A DNA stretch of 64,000 nt from Gracilinanus agilis (lineage: Eukaryota): contig NC_058130.1 in NCBI RefSeq assembly GCF_016433145.1, positions 143,768,034 through 143,832,033 of the forward strand. The letters are read 5' to 3'. Below the pieces are notes generated by a model. That model made no database searches, was not told where the DNA came from, and saw nothing but the letters and a program-made list of their open reading frames with translations. Position 1 is the first letter of the stretch; the number at the start of each line of letters is the position of its first letter. A program made the translations under genes and the position numbers. Shown piece by piece: positions 60,062 through 64,000 of the stretch.

Positions 60062-62117
60062 AAACTGGGACAAATAGCTGCATCCCCCACTTTCTCTTCC
60101 TCCAGAGACAGATCTTGTGTTTACCTCTCTCTTTTATCACACCCTCCTGATCTACACTGAGTGGACTACAATTCATTTAGATAAGCCATTTCCCCTTTCT
60201 AGATCTGTTTCTCCATTTGAAAAAATAAGGGAATTGGACTTGATGTCCTCTAAGATGCCTTCCAGTTCTAAATCCAAGATCCCATGAGTGAGTGAACTCT
60301 GGCTTCTTCTGGATCTCCCAGTTAATGAGAGTCTTGAAGTTTTCCCAGTGTAAACAACGCCTAGTTTATTAGTTTGGTTTTCTACCACCTGCCCACCCTG
60401 GCCCTGGCCCTTACCTGCACATTCTATGATTCTGGGCATAGGTAACTGGATTGAGAACCCGGAAGGTCTCCACTCTTTCTCTCCATAGACTGTGGGAATC
60501 TCAGGGGACTTTTAGAGGCTAGAGCAGGCAGATCCCCTGCCTATCTGATCTTCTCACCTGCAGCCTACCAAAGTGGATTCCTGTGGCTGGGTGGGACTCT
60601 GGGGGTTAGGAATATTGAGGAGAGGCTGTACAAGTAAAGCCTGCACCTCTCCCAGGCTTTGGTCCCTGTACTTCTTGACTCAGAGAGTGGCCTGGGTTCT
60701 GCAGAGCCTCCAGCTGCAAAAGTGAAAGGAGAGGAGGGCTGGGCTGTCAACTGCAAATACCTAGACCTCCCCTGTAGAGGAACAGGGCCTGGCTACAGAT
60801 TGATCTTTAAAGCCAAATTTAGGTACTTGTCGGAATGTGGATCCGGGAAAACCTCCTTTTTTGACATTTTTGCCAATCTGTTGGGTGAAAAGAGGAACCT
60901 CAGGGTTGTTTTAATTTGCATTTATTTAATTAGTAATGATTCAGAGCATTTTTTAATTAGTTTTTGATATCTTAAATTTCTTCCTTTGAAAACTATCTCT
61001 TTATGTCTCTTGACTTTGTCTATTGGGAAAAGCTTCTTGCTTTTATAAATTTGCATTTTCATATTTACATATATGTATCTTGAATATAAAAAATTTATCA
61101 AAGAAGCAATGCAAAGATTTTTTCCTCAGTTAAACATTTCCTTTCTAATTTTAACTGCAATTATTTTGTTTATGCAAAAATTTTTAAAATTTACATAATC
61201 AAAATTATCCATTTTATCTTTTGTGATCATCTCAGTTCCCTTGTTTAATCATGAACCTATCCATGGATCTAAAAGGTAATTTCTTCCTCATTTCTCAAAT
61301 TTGTTTATGATGTCATTAAAAAAAATCTGTCATATATTCATTTGGGAATTTATCTTGGTACATGGTGTGAGATGTTGATCTATCCCTAATTTCTGCCATA
61401 CTGTTTTCCAGTTCTCCCAGAAATTTTTGTCAAATAATGTGAGTCTTTACCCTCTTTGGATTTATCGAACACTCTCCTATTGTGTTCATTTGCTTCTGTA
61501 CATAAACTGTTTCAACGATTGGTCCTTTCTATTTCTTAACCAGTATCAAACAGTTTTGATGATTATTACATTGTAATATAATTTGAGATCTGTAGATTCT
61601 CTACTGCTAAGCTCCCTTCTTTCCCTGTTTTTCCCCCCATTATTTCGCATGAGATTCTTTCTCTTTATTAATTTTATTATAATTTTTTTTCTAGCTCTAA
61701 AATAATCTTTTGGTAGTTTCATTGTTTTGGCACTAAATAAGTAAATTAATGTAGGTAATATCGCCATTTTATTATATTATTATCTGCCTGTGAACAAGCA
61801 ATATTTCTCCAATGATTTCTATAAGTGTTTTGTAGTTGCATTCCTCTGTTTCTTGTGTGTATCTAGAGAGACTCCTAAATACTTCATACATTTTGTATGT
61901 AATTTCTCTTTTCCGTCTCATCCTTCTGTACTTTGTATAGTTATATATAAGATTGATAATGGACTTCCTTGTTTTATTTCTGATCTTGGGGGAAAATCTC
62001 TTAACTTTTCTCTATTATATATATATGCTCTTGATTTTAGACATATAATTTACTATATTAAAGAAAGGTTCTTACTCCTATTCTTTCCAGTTGTTTCTTT
62101 AAAAATATAAATAAGTA

Positions 62118-62325
62118 GGGGCAGCTGGGTATCTGAGTGGTTTGAGAACCAGGCCTAGAGACAGGAGGTCCTAGGTTCAAATCTGGCCTCAGACACTTCC
62201 TAGCTGTGTGACCCTGGGCAAGTCACTTGACCCCCATTGCCTAGCCCTTACTGCTCTTCTGCCTTGGAGCCAATACACAGTATTGGCTCCAAGACAGAAG
62301 GTAAGGGTTTAAATATATATATATA
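62118..62325 (+). mobile_element. SINE1_Mdo-type SINE with (TA)n tail
   Basis: Full consensus, with imperfect TSD tataaa(t/c)aagta. Confidence 0.93.
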
Positions 62326-62849
62326 TATATAAACAAGTATTAAATTTTGTCAAAAGCTTTTTCAGCATGTGGTAATATAATCATATGGTTTTTATTACTT
62401 ATGGTTTATTATGTTTGGAGTTCCCTTATATTGAATCAACCATCATTCTTGGTATAAGTCCAGTCTGTCTTAGTGCATAATCCTATTAATATTTTGGTGT
62501 AGCCTATTTGCTTAACCTTAATTAAATTTTTAATATCAATCTCTTCTTTGTCTCTCTGCCTCAAGTATATAAATTGCATTTGCATCACAAAAGAGATTAG
62601 AATGGGCCCTTCTTTTTTGAAAATATTTTTTATTGGAATTAATTATTCCCTGAACATTTGATGGAATTCACTTATGAATCCATTTAGTGTTGGAGTTGTT
62701 TTTTTCCAAGTTCATATGTGGCTCGTTAAATTTCTTTTTTTAATGATACTGAGTTATTTAAACAATTTTTTGTTCTATTAGTCTGGATATTTTATATTTT
62801 TGTAAATGTTCATTTTCTTCTAAGTTAACAGTTTTTTGTTTTATTTCGT

Positions 62850-63050
62850 TTTAAACCCTTACCTTCTTTCTGTCTTAGAATCAATACTGTGTATTGGTTC
62901 CAAGGCAAAAGAATGGTAAGGGCTAGGCAATGGGGGTTAAATAACTAGCCCAGGGTCTGTCCAGGAAGTGTCCTAGGTTAGATTTGAACCCAGGACCTCC
63001 TTTCTGGAGAGCCTGGCTCTCAGTCCCCTGACCCACCCAACTGGCTCAGT
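62850..63050 (-). mobile_element. SINE1-type SINE
   Basis: aaacccttaccttctttctgtcttagaatcaatactgtgtattgg...gcctggctctcagtcc. Confidence 0.85.
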
Positions 63051-64000
63051 TAACAGTTTTGATGACATATAATTGGGCAGAATGGTTTTTGATGATTTTC
63101 TTCCTTTCCTCCTTTGTTGTGAAATTTTCTTTTTTTTTTTAATTTTGATATGAACAGTTTGGCTTTCCTCTGTATTTTAAAAAATTAGGTGATCTAACTT
63201 TACTTTCTTAGTTTAAAAACAGTTGCTACTTTTATTTAGCAATTAAAATTTTTTCTTTCAACTTTGATAATCTTTTATTTTCAGAATTTATATTTCATTG
63301 TTTAGTTGGAGGTTTTAGTGTTATTCTAGATTTTTAAAATATCGTACTCAATTAATTGATTTGTTTCTTTTTTTGTTAATGAATATACTTAGAGAAATAC
63401 ATTTTTAAATAAAAGATTACTTTAACTATACTCAATCCTACCTTTCCCTCATATCTCCCTGTTGAGTTTAATGCATTTTTATATTATTATTTTGTGTGTG
63501 TGTGTATGGCTGTGTTCAGTTTTCCTTTGTCCAATTCAGATAAGATTAAAATTAATGAGATTTTTGCTATTCCCACCTCTTTCCCTAGGTTGAATCCTTT
63601 CATTTCACAAACCACTATTATATAAGATAGTAATTTTTCTTCCCTTTCTCCTTTTTCTCCTCCAGTGTGGTCCTCTAACCTCTTCTTTTCCATCTTCTCT
63701 TAAGACTATCAAACGGAACAAAATTATCCCCAGGTCTTTTGTTTGGCTTATTTCTCTTGTTCTGTGACCCTTGAAGACATCATGGCTCTGAAATAACATT
63801 TGTTTTTTGTTTTCTTTTTAACATGTAAACAATTCATCCTAACATAGTCCCTTCCAATTGATCGAATGTATGCACCTTTTTATTTTTCTCTTGATTCCTA
63901 CATTTCCATTTCAAAGTGTTTATTTAGTCTTAACCTCCCATTAGGAATGCTTGGAGATCATTCTCTATTTAATTAAAACAATCATTTTCTCCTCTCTAGA

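Larger units (their letters stand above)
60830..64000 (-). mobile_element. Degraded antisense L1 fragments interrupted by SINEs
   Basis: T-rich L1-antisense text. ORF 61546..61767 (minus) MAILPTLIYLFSA...KLYYNVIIIKTV resembles L1 ORF2 (KLIYLFSAIP...DLKLYYKA). Confidence 0.8.

Overview
Eukaryotic (marsupial) genomic DNA. Many SINE1_Mdo-type SINEs point to Monodelphis domestica or a close didelphid. The gene order matches the block I recall from human 16p13.3: (probable PKMYT1 5' CpG island) - CLDN9(+) - CLDN6(-) - TNFRSF12A(+) - HCFC1R1(-) - THOC6(+) - BICDL2(-) - MMP25(+). I reconstructed all seven coding sequences by hand from GT-AG splice sites, and each gives an intact open frame. The rest is SINEs, MIR/L2/CR1/L1 relics, two hAT MITEs with TIRs and TSDs, microsatellites and one assembly N. 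I found no RNA genes, CRISPR arrays or prokaryote-type systems, and no evidence for a wholly new multi-gene system. The most interesting observations are: (1) HCFC1R1 lacks the HCF-1-binding motif (DHPY to DHPC), although its promoter carries a ZNF143/THAP11/HCF-1-type element; (2) a palindromic two-way poly(A) signal between THOC6 and BICDL2; (3) CLDN6/CLDN9 extracellular loops far more divergent than in human; (4) a young hAT MITE of a putatively horizontally transferred family; (5) two independent SINE-in-SINE insertions at the same site; (6) a candidate 3'UTR intron in TNFRSF12A; (7) an MMP25 splice donor formed by a (GT)21 microsatellite; (8) a possible decayed GREP1 locus. Comparisons with human sequences are from memory and need checking by alignment.
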